Below are positions 51,108 to 62,268 of a stretch of 64,000 bases of DNA, piece after piece. This DNA is from Scenedesmus sp. PABB004. Taxonomy: Eukaryota. The notes beneath the pieces were generated by a model. It did not search any database and was not told the DNA's origin. It saw only the letters and a program-made list of their open reading frames with translations. Positions within the stretch are counted from its first letter, which is position 1. Each line of letters begins with the position of its first letter. Made by a program: the position numbers and the translations under genes. The stretch covers positions 1,364,001 through 1,428,000 of the forward strand of contig JABVCE010000007.1 of assembly GCA_014905635.1 (NCBI GenBank). The letters run 5' to 3'.

Positions 51108-51623
51108 AGCGAAGCAGCCGGCGCCAGCGAATGCTTCTCCGCACGGCAGCGCCACGCCGCGCGGCGGCGCCCGCGGCGCAGCGCAGGACCGGCGCCGCCG
51201 GCAGCAGCGACCCGCGCGCGCTCGCGGGCGTCCTCGCGGCGCTGCAGCTGGCGCTCAGCCCGCTGAACGCACAGGCGGCGCCACGAAGCGCGGCATCCTC
51301 GGCGCGCCGCGCTACGAGAGCGACGTGGCGCCGCCCGGGGGGCTTGGCGCAGCCCGGCGCGGCGGCGCGGGCGGCGAGCGCTGCTGCTGTCGCGTGCGGT
51401 GCGCGGGAGCGTCGGCGGTCGGGCGCAGGGCGCTGGCTGGTGCGGGCGTGCGCAGTGGTCGCCGACGCAGGTTGGGTGCTGCACGCCGGGCCCCGCGCGG
51501 GAACCCAGGGCGCGCTGAGCCGCCGCCGCAGGACGCGTCTCGAGCGATTACCGCCACGGCCGCCGCGCCGCGGCGCAGGCGCGAAGCAATACCCGCGCCT
51601 CGCTGCAAGGCGCGACGGCGGCG

Positions 51624-53279
51624 TCAGTCGTCGTCCAGCCACAGCACGCCCGTCTCGCCCGACGCGCTCGCCAGGCGCCAGCCGCTGCCGGCGTCCGCGT
51701 CGGCGGCGGCGCCGCCGTCCGCGGGCTGCCGCTGCAGCACCACAAACCCGGTGTGCTTGACCTCAAACACCTCACTCTGCGGCTCCGCCAGCAGCACCGC
51801 GGCGCGCACGCACTGCGAGCGTGCAAATAGGCGGCGAGAGAGGGGTGGTGTCACCGTGACACCCGTCGCGCCCGCCTAGCGCGGCGCTGCCGGCGCGCGG
51901 GCGCCGCCGGCGCGCGGGCCGCCCCGCCCGCCGGCCGCCCCGCCCGCCGGCTGCCGCCCACCTCGCCGTGCGTGACGACCAGCACCGTCTGCCCGGCGTA
52001 GCTGCGCGCGATCTCCTGCGTGCGTGTGCATGCGGGCGGCGCGCGCGCGGCGCGTCGGCAGCGGCCGCTGGGTTTGGGCGCGCGCAGCGCCCGCGCGGCG
52101 TGTGTGTGTGTGTGTGTGCGGCGCGTGCTCCGCCCCCCGCACCGTGAGCGCGGCCGCGTAGCGCGCCAGTCCCTGCTCCAGGCGCTCAGGGAAGGGCGGC
52201 GGCGCACTGCCCGGGCGCGCGCGCGGCGACACGGCCAGCTTGGACAGCTTGCAGTCTGGCGGCCGCCGCGTCGTCGACGGCGGCGGGGCGCCGCGTCAGC
52301 CGCGGGGGACACCCCCCCCACACACACACACCACCACCACCGCACACACACACAAAGGGCTGCTGCCAGGCCCGCCGGGCCGGCCGGCCCGCGGCGGCCG
52401 GCAGCCCCCGCCCCCGGCGGCCGCTCACCGTCGCGCACAAACTTTTCGAGCGCCGCGTCCAGCGCCAGCCCGCCCCACATCCACGTCGCGACGCCGGCGC
52501 GGCCCGCCGCGTCGCGCGCGTCGTGCCGGTTGGCGAAGAGCACGCGCGGGTCGCAGATCTGGGGCGGCAGCGGCGCGGCGGCAGCGGCGCCGCGGCGCCG
52601 CGCGTGGGGGCAGCGCAGGCGCGCCGCGCGCGTGCGGCCCGGCCCGCGCGCACCCGCCCCGGCCGCACGCGCGCGCGGCCGCACCTCTGCGAGCTGCCAG
52701 TCCGCCAGCCAGCGCCCCGCGGGCGTCTCCAGCTGCTTGACCAGCCCCGCGCTCGTCTGGAGGCAGCGCCGGAACGGCGACGTCAGCACGGCGTCTACGG
52801 CATAGTCCGCCAGGTGCTCAAACGCGGCGTTGGCCTGCACGCGGCCCTTGACCGACAGCGGCGGGTCCCACGGCCGCGCCGCCGCCTGGCTCCAGCAGGG
52901 GTCCTCCTCGTCCTGCCTGCGGCGGGGCCGGGCACCAGCGGCGGGGTCGCGCGCGGCGAGCGGCGCGCTGCGGCCGAGGCGCGCGCGCGCGGCCGCCGCC
53001 GCCCGCTCGCCTGTGGCCGTGCCGCATGACGATGATGGTGGTGGGGCCGGTCGGCGCAGCCGCGCCGGCCCCGAGCGCCGCTGGCTGCACACCAACGTCG
53101 GGCGGAGCCGCTGCCCCGCCCGCGCCGCCGCTGCTGGGCTGTGCGCCCGGCCCCAGCAGCCGCTGCTGCGCTGCGGCATCGTCGTCGGCTGTGCTGCGCC
53201 GCTGCCGCGCCCCGCCGCGGCCGCCGCAGAGGGCGCGCAGCAGGCGGCGCAGCAGCTCGAGCAGCGGCCCGCAGCACAT
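51624..53279 (-). CDS. Histidine phosphatase superfamily (phosphoglycerate-mutase-like) protein
   Basis: IIVMRHGHRQD, RPWDPPLS..GR.QA, VLTSPFRRCLQTS and VLVVTHGE: the RHG...R...H catalytic core. Confidence 0.9.
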
Positions 53280-54048
53280 GCCTAGAGCACAAGTGCAGGG
53301 GGAGAGGCAGCGGAGCGTCCGGCCGAGCTCGGGCGGCACGATCGGCAGCTGCGGGGGGCACGCCGGGCGCCTGGCGCGGCGAGCAGCGGCGCGCGGCGGT
53401 TGGCGGGGTGCGCGCGGCTGCGAAGGCGGGCGGTCCGGGCAGCTGGCGTTCGCGTGAGGACCTGGGCTCGAGCCGCGGCTCGCGATAATCGTGCAAGGGC
53501 TCGCCGCCAGACCGCGCCGTCACAGACGCCTCTGTTGCAGCCCTGCCGCGTCCCACGCGCGTCTCCCGGCGACGCCAGTCAGTGAGGGCGACACCAGCCC
53601 TCCCTCCCCCCTGAGCCGCCTGCTGCGCCAATCACAGCGAGCAAATCACAGCGCGCGCGTGCCGGCGAGTGCGCCGGCGCCTGCGGCGGCGCGGGCGCGC
53701 GGCCCTGCAGCCGCGCAGCTGCAGGGAGGCGGCGAGGCTCCCCGCCTCCTAGGGGGCGGTGGCAACCAGCCGCCCGCCGCGGCGGCTGGGCCTGCTGCCC
53801 CGCAGCGCTGCACACGCCCCGGGCGGCAGCGGCGCCGGGGCGCGCCGCGCGCGCCCGACACAAGGCAGAGGGGGCGGCCCGCCCGCGCAGGCCCTGGCCG
53901 CGCCGCGGCGCACGGCGCGGCGGGTGCGCCGCGCCGTCGCCGCAAGTCAAGTGCGCGCCGCAGCTAGCCGCGCTAGCCGCGCTGGTCCGCGCCGCGCGCT
54001 GCGTCGGCCAGCTCGCGCTCGCTGCGCGGGTCGACGCCGAGGCGCTCG

Positions 54049-56289
54049 CTAGCTTCGCGGGTCGACGCCAAGGAGCATCTTTGTCTCCTCAAAGACGTAC
54101 CAGCTGATGCCCGCGGCGGGGGCGAGCTTGATGAGGTTGGGCAGCAGGCCCTGGGCGCGCGCGGCGCGCGGCGGGGGGGGGGGGGGGGGGGCGTCGGCGT
54201 CGGCGTCGGCGGGCTGCTCCTGCGCCCCGCGGCGGCGGCCCCGCCACTGCCCCCTCCGCCCTCCTGCTATCCACCCCCGCCCACCCACCCACCCCCGCCC
54301 ACCCACCCACACACGCCCACCCACCCACGCCCACACGCCCCCACCTTGTAGAAGCCCTTGACGCCCTCGTGCACCAGCGTCTGGCGCACCACGTCGGCCA
54401 TGCCGCTGTACTTGACCGGCCGGCCCCCACGCCCTGCGCCTGCGCGGGGCGGGGCGGGGCGGCGCGGCGAGGGAGGGCGGGGCGGGCGAGCGAGGGCGGC
54501 AGGTGAGCGAGGGCGGCGTGACGGCGGCGCGGGCGGAGGGCGCGGGGCGCGCTCGTCAGGGCGTGCCGCGCCGCGGGCGGGGCCTCCAGCGCGCCCGCGC
54601 CCGCGCGCCCGCCGCGCGCGCGCCGTCACCTGCAGCCGCGTGCGCACGAGCGCGAGGGGGTACGACACAAACTGCGCGATGCTGCTGCTCGCCATGCCGG
54701 TCGCGACGATGCCTATGTGGGGCGGCTCGCCGTCGTAGGCCTCGAGCAGCCTGTCCTTGAGCAGCTCAAAGAGGCAGATGTCGACGCCGGCGTAGGGCAG
54801 GATGCCGCACTGGGCGTGTGGGGGGGGGAGCGGGTGTGTGGGTGTGGGTGTGGTGTGAGTGGGGGGTGGGTGGGGGTGGGGGGGGGGGGGGGGGGGGGGG
54901 GGGAGTGAGCGGGTGTGGGTGTGGTGGGTGGGTGTGGGCGGGTGTGGGTGTGGGCGTGGGTGTGGGCGCGGCGGAGAGGGAGGGAGAGAGAGGGGGAGAG
55001 AGGAGAGAGGGGACGCGCAGGCGCCGCGCCGCGTGCACCGCGCCGCCGCCGCCGCCGCGCGTCACCATGGATGGCACGAGCCCCCTGTAGAAGGGCGCGA
55101 CGCCGCCGGCGCGCCAGAGCTCCGCCGCGGTGGGGAGGATGCCGCGGTACTCGGCCGCGCTGCAGACGGCGAGGCGCGTGCGCACGGTGTCGAGCGGGTA
55201 CACCAGGCCCTGGGGGGGGGTGGAGGGGGGGTGGGGGGGGTGCGGAGGGGGGGGGTGCGGAGGGCGCGAGGGTGAGAGAGGGGGCGGAGAGAGAGGGAGG
55301 GAGGGAGGGAGAGAGAGAGAGAGAGCGAGAGAGGGAGGGAGAGCGAGAGAGAGAGGGAGGGAGGGAGAGAGGGAGAGAGCGAGAGGGAGGGGACGAGAGG
55401 CGCGCGCGGCGCGCACCTGGCCGACCGCGCCGGACACGCCGCCGCAGACCATGCGCTCCCAGGGCGTGATGTCTGCGTGGTCGCGCTGCAGCGCGTGGCG
55501 CAGGTGGTCGTTGAGCGCGAGCTTGATGCTCGTCTCGGGCGCGATCTTCAGCACGTTGGTGCCGTTGCCCTTGAAGTAGGACCGCACGCTGCCTGGGGGG
55601 TGCGGAGGGGGAGGGCGGGGGCAGGTCAGGCCCACGGCGGCGGCGGCGGCGGGGGGCGGTGGGCGCGGGGGGCGCGGGCGCGGCCGCGCGGGCTGCTGCG
55701 CCGCAGCGGCGCGGGGGGCGGCCGCGCGGGCTGCTGCGGCGTCGCGGCGGCGTCGCGGCGGGCCGCACCCTCTGCCGACATGAGCCGCATGCCCTCACGG
55801 ATGGTGAGGCGCTGCCCCTCCTGCACCTGCAGCAGCATCTTCAGCCGGTCGACCGGCGCGGTCGCGGTGCGGCTGATCGCGCCCGCCAGGCCTGCGCGCG
55901 CGGCGGCGCGGCGGCGGGTCGCTGGCACGCCCGGCCGCGCGCCGCGCGCGTGAGGCAGGGCCTGCCGGGCGGCGCGCCGCACCGCCGGCGAAGAAGAACT
56001 TTGGTACGCGCCAGGGGTCGCCCACGTCCTCGTCGTCGTCGCCCCGCGACCGCGACGCCGCGTGCCGCGCGTCGTCGTCCTGCTGCGCCACGTTCACCGG
56101 CGCCGACAGGGCGTGGTACTGCAGCACCACGGTGCCGCCGCCGCCGCCGCCGCCGCCGCTGCCGCCGCGCTCCGCGCCGCCGGTGCTGCTGCTGCCGCCG
56201 CTGCGCTGGCCGCCGCCCGCCCAGGGCGGCCGCTGCGCTGCTGCGTGCCCTGCCTCCATGCCCATCCCATAGCCGAGCCCACCCAGCAT
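54049..56289 (-). CDS. Mitochondrial carrier of the ATP-Mg/Pi (SCaMC/APC) type; start codon uncertain
   Basis: FFAGGLAGAISRTATAPVDRLKMLLQV, FKGNGTNVLKIAPETSIK, YPLDTVRTRL, GILPYAGVDI..FELLK, YPLALVRTRLQA and PNLIKLAPAAGISWYVFE. Confidence 0.9.
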
Positions 56290-56915
56290 GCCTCAGGGCA
56301 TGCCGGGCGGCCGCGGCGCCGGCCGGCGCCCCCGCAGCCCTGGCCGATGCGTGCGGTCTGTGCCTGCGGCTGGCGGGCTGGCTGCGGGCGCCCGAGCTCC
56401 GTTCCGGGCGCCCCGAGCGCGGAGCGCACCGGGCCGCAACGGCTGGCGCTGGAGCAGGGTGCGGCAGGGCTGGCGGGCGCTGCGGTGGGCGCTGCGGTGT
56501 CGCGGCCAGCCCGCCGCTCGCCCTGGTCTCGGGGGCGTGTGTGTCGGGCGCGGGCGAGCGTCGCGGAGGCGCGCGGGCCTGCCGCCGGCGGTGCACAACC
56601 GCCGCTGCGCGCCGCAAAGCGCCGCTGGCGCTCAGGGCCTGAGCCTCAGGCCCATCCCGGCCGCCCTTCGACAGTCTCGCCACTGTCACGCAGCCCGCCC
56701 CCGCGACGAGAGAGTCGGTCGCCGCCGCCGCAGACTGCGGCAGCGCGCCGGCCGCGCCCGATCGACGCCCGGCGCGTGCGACCGCCGCCGAGGGCGCGCA
56801 TGCCTCCCTCATCGGCACCGCGCCGTCCTGGGCGTGCCGGCGCCCTGGCGCCGCCGCGGCGCGGCTGATCGGCGCGGCAGGGCTGCGGCACGCTGCTCCG
56901 GCCCCTCCCTGCGCG

Positions 56916-59104
56916 ATGGCGGGCGGGCCGCCCGCGCCGCCGGGGGCGCCGCCGCCGGCGGCGCGGCAGGCGGAGCCGGACGAGGGCGCGTGGCTGGCGG
57001 CCATCGACCAGCTGAGCAGGTACACCGTGCACGCGTGCACGCAGCTGGACCACGACGGCTGGCGGCAGCTCTCCCGCGTCATGCTCGACGTCCAGGCCCT
57101 CTGCCGCCGCGCGGCCGCGGCCGGGCCGGGCGCGCGCCCGCCCGCGCGCGGCGCGACGCCGCTCGTGCTGGCGCTGGAGCTGCTGCGCGCGCTGGGCGGC
57201 GTCGTCAGCTGCCTGCTGAGCCTCAATGGCGACGACCCCGGTGCGCGGGAGGGGAGGGGAGCAGGGAGGCGCAGGGGGGTGCGCCCTGCGCAACCTCTGC
57301 GCGAGCGCCGCGCGAGCGCCGCGCGCTGACCCGCGCCGCCCGGCCGCGCGCGCAGCCTTCAGCGTGGCGCGCGTCGCGCAGGCGATCAGCACGACGACCT
57401 GCGCGCTGCGCGCGGTCGAGGCGGCCGCGCCGGGCGCGGGCGTGACGGACGAGGTCGCTGACGCGCTCGCGCTGCAGCGCTGCGAGGCGACGCCGCTGCT
57501 GTCGGCGGTGGCCTGGGCGCTGCGCCAGGTGCGCGCCGCGCGGCGCGCGCGCCGCGGCGCGCAGCCGCGCGCAGCCGCCCGCCCGCTGCCCCAAACGCCC
57601 GCCGCCGCCCGCGCTGTTTGCAGGAGGCGCGCGCGCTGCTGTTCAACCCCCGCCCGACCGCGCTGTCGCTGGCCACGGCGCTGCTGGAGCTGGTTGAGGT
57701 GCTCACGCGGATGTGCCCCGCCGACGTGTTTGCGCTGCCCCGCGGCAGCGCCCGCGGCAGCGGCGGCGGCAGCGGCGCGAGCCCCGGCGGCGCGGCGCCC
57801 GGGACGAGCCCTGGCGCGCGCGCCGCGGCGGCCCGCGGCCGCGCCGATCCCGCGGCGGTGCGCCTGGCCGACCCCGCGGCGGCGCTGGCGCTGGCGATGC
57901 TGCGCTGCGCGGGCACCGCCGCGGCGCAGGTCGGCGCGGGGCAGGCGCGGCAGATCATGCTCGCGGGGCTGCGCGTCGCGTGGCAGCTGCAGGGCGAGCT
58001 GCTCGACCTGTCGCGCCGCGCCGTCGCGCCGGCGGCGGCGGAGCCGCTCGTGCGGCAGCTGCTGCGCAGCCCCAGCGTGCTCCAGCTCATGGTCAGCCTG
58101 CTCGCGCTGCAGGCGCAGCGCCTCGCGGCGCAGCTGGGGCTGGGCGACGACGACGACAGCTGCAGCTTCACGCTGGCCCACCCGGTCGAGGCGCCGCCGC
58201 TGTCATCGTCGTCGTCAGAGGAGGAGGACGAGGACGGGGACGAGGGGCGGGCCTCGTCAGCGGCGCATGACGGCGCGCGGCCGGCCGCGGCCCCGGGCGG
58301 CGCGGCGCCCGCCCCTGGCCAGCACCACGACGACGACTCGGACGACGGCGAGGACGGCGGCGGCGCGCTGCACCAAATGTGGAACCTCGCGCTCGGCATG
58401 GCGCGGCGGCAGGCAGCGGCGGCGCCGCCGCCCGACGCACCCGCGCCGCCGCCCGCCACGCCGCTGCGGCAGCTCTGGGCCGTGCTGGGGCTGCACGACT
58501 CGATGCTGGAGCTCGCGGCCGGCGCCGAGCCGCCGCCCGCCGCGCCCACGTCCGCGAGCGGGCCGGAGCGCAGCCTGGCGGACTTTCTGGGCGCCTGCGC
58601 GGTCGTGCGCTTCCTGCTGCAGGGCTCGTCGCACCTGCAGCCGGCGCGTGAGACGCCCGCGGCGCGTGTCGCGGCGGCTGCGGCCGCGGCGGGGCCGCCG
58701 TCGCGCGCGCCGCCGCCGCCTACCGGCGACGCGCTCGGTTCGCTCGGCTCGGGCGAGCTGCCGCAGGGCCTGGCGCCGCTGGGGTCGGGCGAGCTGTCGC
58801 CATCGTCGGCGCTCACGCCCATTTCGCCCGACGCGCTCACGCACCCGCCGCCGGCGGGCGCGGACGGCGCGGGCTCGCCCACCGCCGCCGCCGCGGAGCA
58901 CCTCGTGCACGGTCTCTGTGATTTCGGAGCAAAGGGCGCCGAGGAGCTCGAAGCGCTGCGCCTGCAGCGCCTGCTGCCGCTGGCGCTGCTCGACGTTGCG
59001 GCGGGCCTGGCGCCGCGCCTGGCGGCGTTCGTGGCGTGGCAGGGCCAGCAGCAGCAGGTGCTGCAGGAGCAGCAGGTGCTGCAGCAGCAGCAGCAGGAGC
59101 AGCA

Positions 59105-59138
<34 letters not shown>

Positions 59139-61147
59139 GGGCCTGCGTGCGGCCCAGACCTGGCGCGGCCGGCGGCCCTGGCGCTGATCGACGCAGCCGC
59201 AGCAGCGGCCGCCGCGTCGGCGCGCTCCTGGCCGGTGCTGCAGCGGGTGGCCGCGGTGCAGGGCTCGCGGCGCGGCAGCCTCGACGGCGGCGCGCCGCCG
59301 GCCGGCGTGTTTTTTGCTGGCCTGACCAGCGTGCGCTGGCAGGAGGAGCACGCGCCGCCTGACGACGCGCACCTGCCGGTGCAGGAAGTGCTGCAGCTGC
59401 TCTGCCACCTCACCCACGAGCTGCTCGCGCCCCAGCAGCGGACGGCCCCCGCGGCGGCTGCCGCGGCCGCGGCGGCCGCCGAGCGGGATGCGGCCGGCGG
59501 CGACGGGGGCGAGGGCCAGCAGCAGCAGCAGGTGATGGGCCCTGTCACGCGCAGCGCGCTCATCCACCTGCTGGAGGTGCTGACCGCGGCGTCCAAGCTC
59601 CCCTGGGAGGCCGGCGCGCAGCCGCACAGCGACAGCGACGACGACCACCACGCCGCCCACCACCGCCACCACCACCACAAGCCTGCCGGCGCGTGCGAGC
59701 GCGACATGCGCCACGTGGCGGCGGCGTGGCGCGCGATGTGCCGGCCCGTCGCGGCCGCGGTCGAGGCGTGCCTCCGCGCCGCCGGCGCGTCGTCCGCCGC
59801 GGCGGCAGCGGCGACGGCGGCGGCGGCTGCGGCGGCGCCGCCGCCGCCGCGGTCGCAGCTGACCGCGCTGCTTGGCGGCGCCTCGCCGTTTGCGCCCGCG
59901 GCGGCGGCCCTGCCGCCCGGCGTCGGGGCGGCGCCCAGCGCGCGGGGCACCGTGGTGCTCGGCTCCTGCCTGGCCGCGCTCTGCGCGCCGCTCGGCCGCG
60001 CCGGGCCGCTCGTCGCCGCCGCCGCGGACGCGCCCGTCGGCGGCGCGGCGCAGCTCGAGCTCTTTGCGCTGCTGCTCAGCGAAATCAAGCTGCTGCTGGC
60101 GGACGCGAGCAGGCGCGAGCTGATAGCAATGCACCCCATTGAGCAGAGCCCCGTTTTCGTGATGGAGCGGCTGTGCCAGGCGCGCGGCCTGCTGCCGCCC
60201 GGCGGCGGCGCGGGCGCGCCGGCGGCGGCGCTGGCGGACACGGAGACCGCCGCCGCGGCGGTGCCGTGGCTGTTGCTGCTGGCGCGGCTGCTCATGCTGC
60301 GCGGCAGGCTGCTGGGTGCGCGCGCGGGGGCGCGGGGCGCGCGGCGCGGCGGCGGCTGGCAGCGCGCACGCGCGGCCGCGCCCGGCCGCCCACGTGCGCC
60401 CGCCCACGCGCGCGCCGCCCCGCAGGCGAGCTGCTCCAGCGCGACGCGGCGCGCGCGCCTGGGCGACGCGGGAGCGGCAGCGGCAGCGGCGACGGCGGCG
60501 GCACCAGCGTGCTGCACGCGGCGTTCTGGCATCTCGCGATGGCGGTGGCATCCGCCAGCATGCTGGAGGCGAACCTCGCGCAGTTCGCCTGCTTCGTCCG
60601 CGCCGACGAGGCGGGCGGCGACGTGGTGGTGGTCGCGGGCTTTGACCTCGCCGCGGCGGCGGCGCAGGTCGCGGGGGAGCTGCTGCCCGCGCTGCGCCAC
60701 GCCGTGCAGCTGGTCAAGGCGTGCATGCGCCTGGCCCGCCACGCCGGCGACGGGGGGCTGTGGGCGGCCGGCTTCCAGGCCGGCTTTGCAGCCGGCTACG
60801 CGGCCGCGCAGGCCGCCGCGGCAGGCGCGCCCGCCGGCACCGTGAGCTGCGCCGACCCCTGGGGCGTGCTGCAGCAGCCGAGCGTGCGCGGCCTGCCCGC
60901 CCGGCTGCAGGCGTTTGGCGCGGCACTGAGCAGCCAGCTCGTGATGTCGCACGGCTGCTGCGCACACCCCGGCTGCACCAACCTCGCGCGCGCCAGCGAG
61001 GCGGCGCTGGTGGCGGGCGAGGGCGCTGTCGTGTGCGCCAGCTGCGGCGTCGTGCGCTACTGCAGCGGCAGCTGCCTCGACGCGCACCGCGCGCGCCACG
61101 CCAAGCACGCGTGCAGGCGGCTGCAGGCGCACGCCGCCGCGGGCTGA
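56916..61147 (+). CDS. Large low-complexity protein with a C-terminal MYND-type zinc finger (4 exons)
   Basis: Long in-frame exons with coding-like codon usage, including polyQ and poly-His tracts. C-terminus CCAHPGCTNL...VCASCGVVRYCSGSCLDAHRARHAKHAC. Confidence 0.8.
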
Positions 61148-62268
61148 GCCGACGCGCGGCGTCAGGCCCCGGGGGCGGCAGTCAGCGCGGCTGCGTGCCT
61201 TCAGCTCTGGGGTCTGTCTGTCTGTGCTGCTGAGCGCGTGGGGCGCGCGTGGAATGGCGCCCGTGACCGCGGCGGCGCGGGGTGCAAATCATTGCAGTCT
61301 GTCAAATCTGGCAGTTGCAAATATCTTCGGACCTCGCCCCTCGCGACCGCCCAGCGCGCCGCCGCCCCGGTGGACGTTGCGGTCGGCGCTGCGCGGCGGG
61401 GGCCTCGACGCAGGCCCGGCGTGACGGCGGGCGCTGCGTTCGCGTGGCGCGCGCGGGCGCGTCGGCGGCGGCGCGCGCCGGGGCCGCTGGCCGGTGCGGG
61501 CGCGCGCGCTGGCCTGCCGCCGAGCGGGGCGTGCCTGGCAGCTGCACGCCGGACCCGTGCGCTCTGCGTGAGCCGCCGGCCCACGAGCGCGGCGCTGCTG
61601 GCAGCGGCTGGGCTGGGACTGGCGCGGCTTGCGGACGACGGGCGCACCACCGCGCGTGACGTCGCCGTTAACCGGCTCAACGCGTCCGCTGCGCAACGCC
61701 CAGGCCGCGTGCGCGGCCACACCCCCCGGCCGCCCCCAGGCGGCGCGCCGAGCTTGGGCCCGCGCTGCCGAAAAGTGCCGCCACCGCCGCCACAGTGCGC
61801 CATCAACCACGTTTTGACCGCATCCCGCCATGCGCCGCCTACCGCCCACGCCCCAGCGCGGGCGGCGCGCCGCCGCACGCGCCCCGCCTGACAGCGGGGG
61901 CGGCGGCGCGCCGCGCCACACCAGCATCGCCTATAGCCCGCTGCTTGTACACATGTGCGCCCGCCATTCAACGGGGCAGGCAGAAGACGGATGCCCGGGC
62001 GCGCGGCAGCGGCTCGGGGAGCCGCCGCCGCGCGCCGCTCCCAGCACCGGCGCGCGCACGCGTGGTTATCACGCGGGCCGGCGCTGTTGATTGACCGAGG
62101 CCCCCGGCGTACTTATGGTCCAGTCCGGGTTTGGGCGGGCGGCGCGGGGGCTGCTGGAGCGCGCCCCGCGCGCCGCGAGTGCCGGGCCGCACGCTGCTGC
62201 AAGTTTGGAAGCTCTGGGGAGCCGCCCAAAAGGGAGAGGAAGAACAACGGCGCGGCGCGGCCGCCGCC

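Larger units (their letters stand above)
48843..51602 (-). repeat. Duplicated cassette, copy B (inverted relative to copy A), carrying an extra ~0.4-kb insertion
   Basis: The reverse complement aligns to 19085-21414 except for ~50935-51343 and short variable patches. Confidence 0.9.

Noticed and set aside
54812..55400. G-rich and GA-rich tracts as telomeric or coding repeats
   Set aside because: They lie inside introns of the carrier gene and do not match TTTAGGG/TTTTAGGG. They are simple low-complexity sequence.
57386..61132. 1248-aa antisense ORF and the many other long Arg/Ala/Pro-rich ORFs
   Set aside because: These are shadow frames caused by stop-codon scarcity at extreme GC. The opposite strand carries the recognisable MYND gene.
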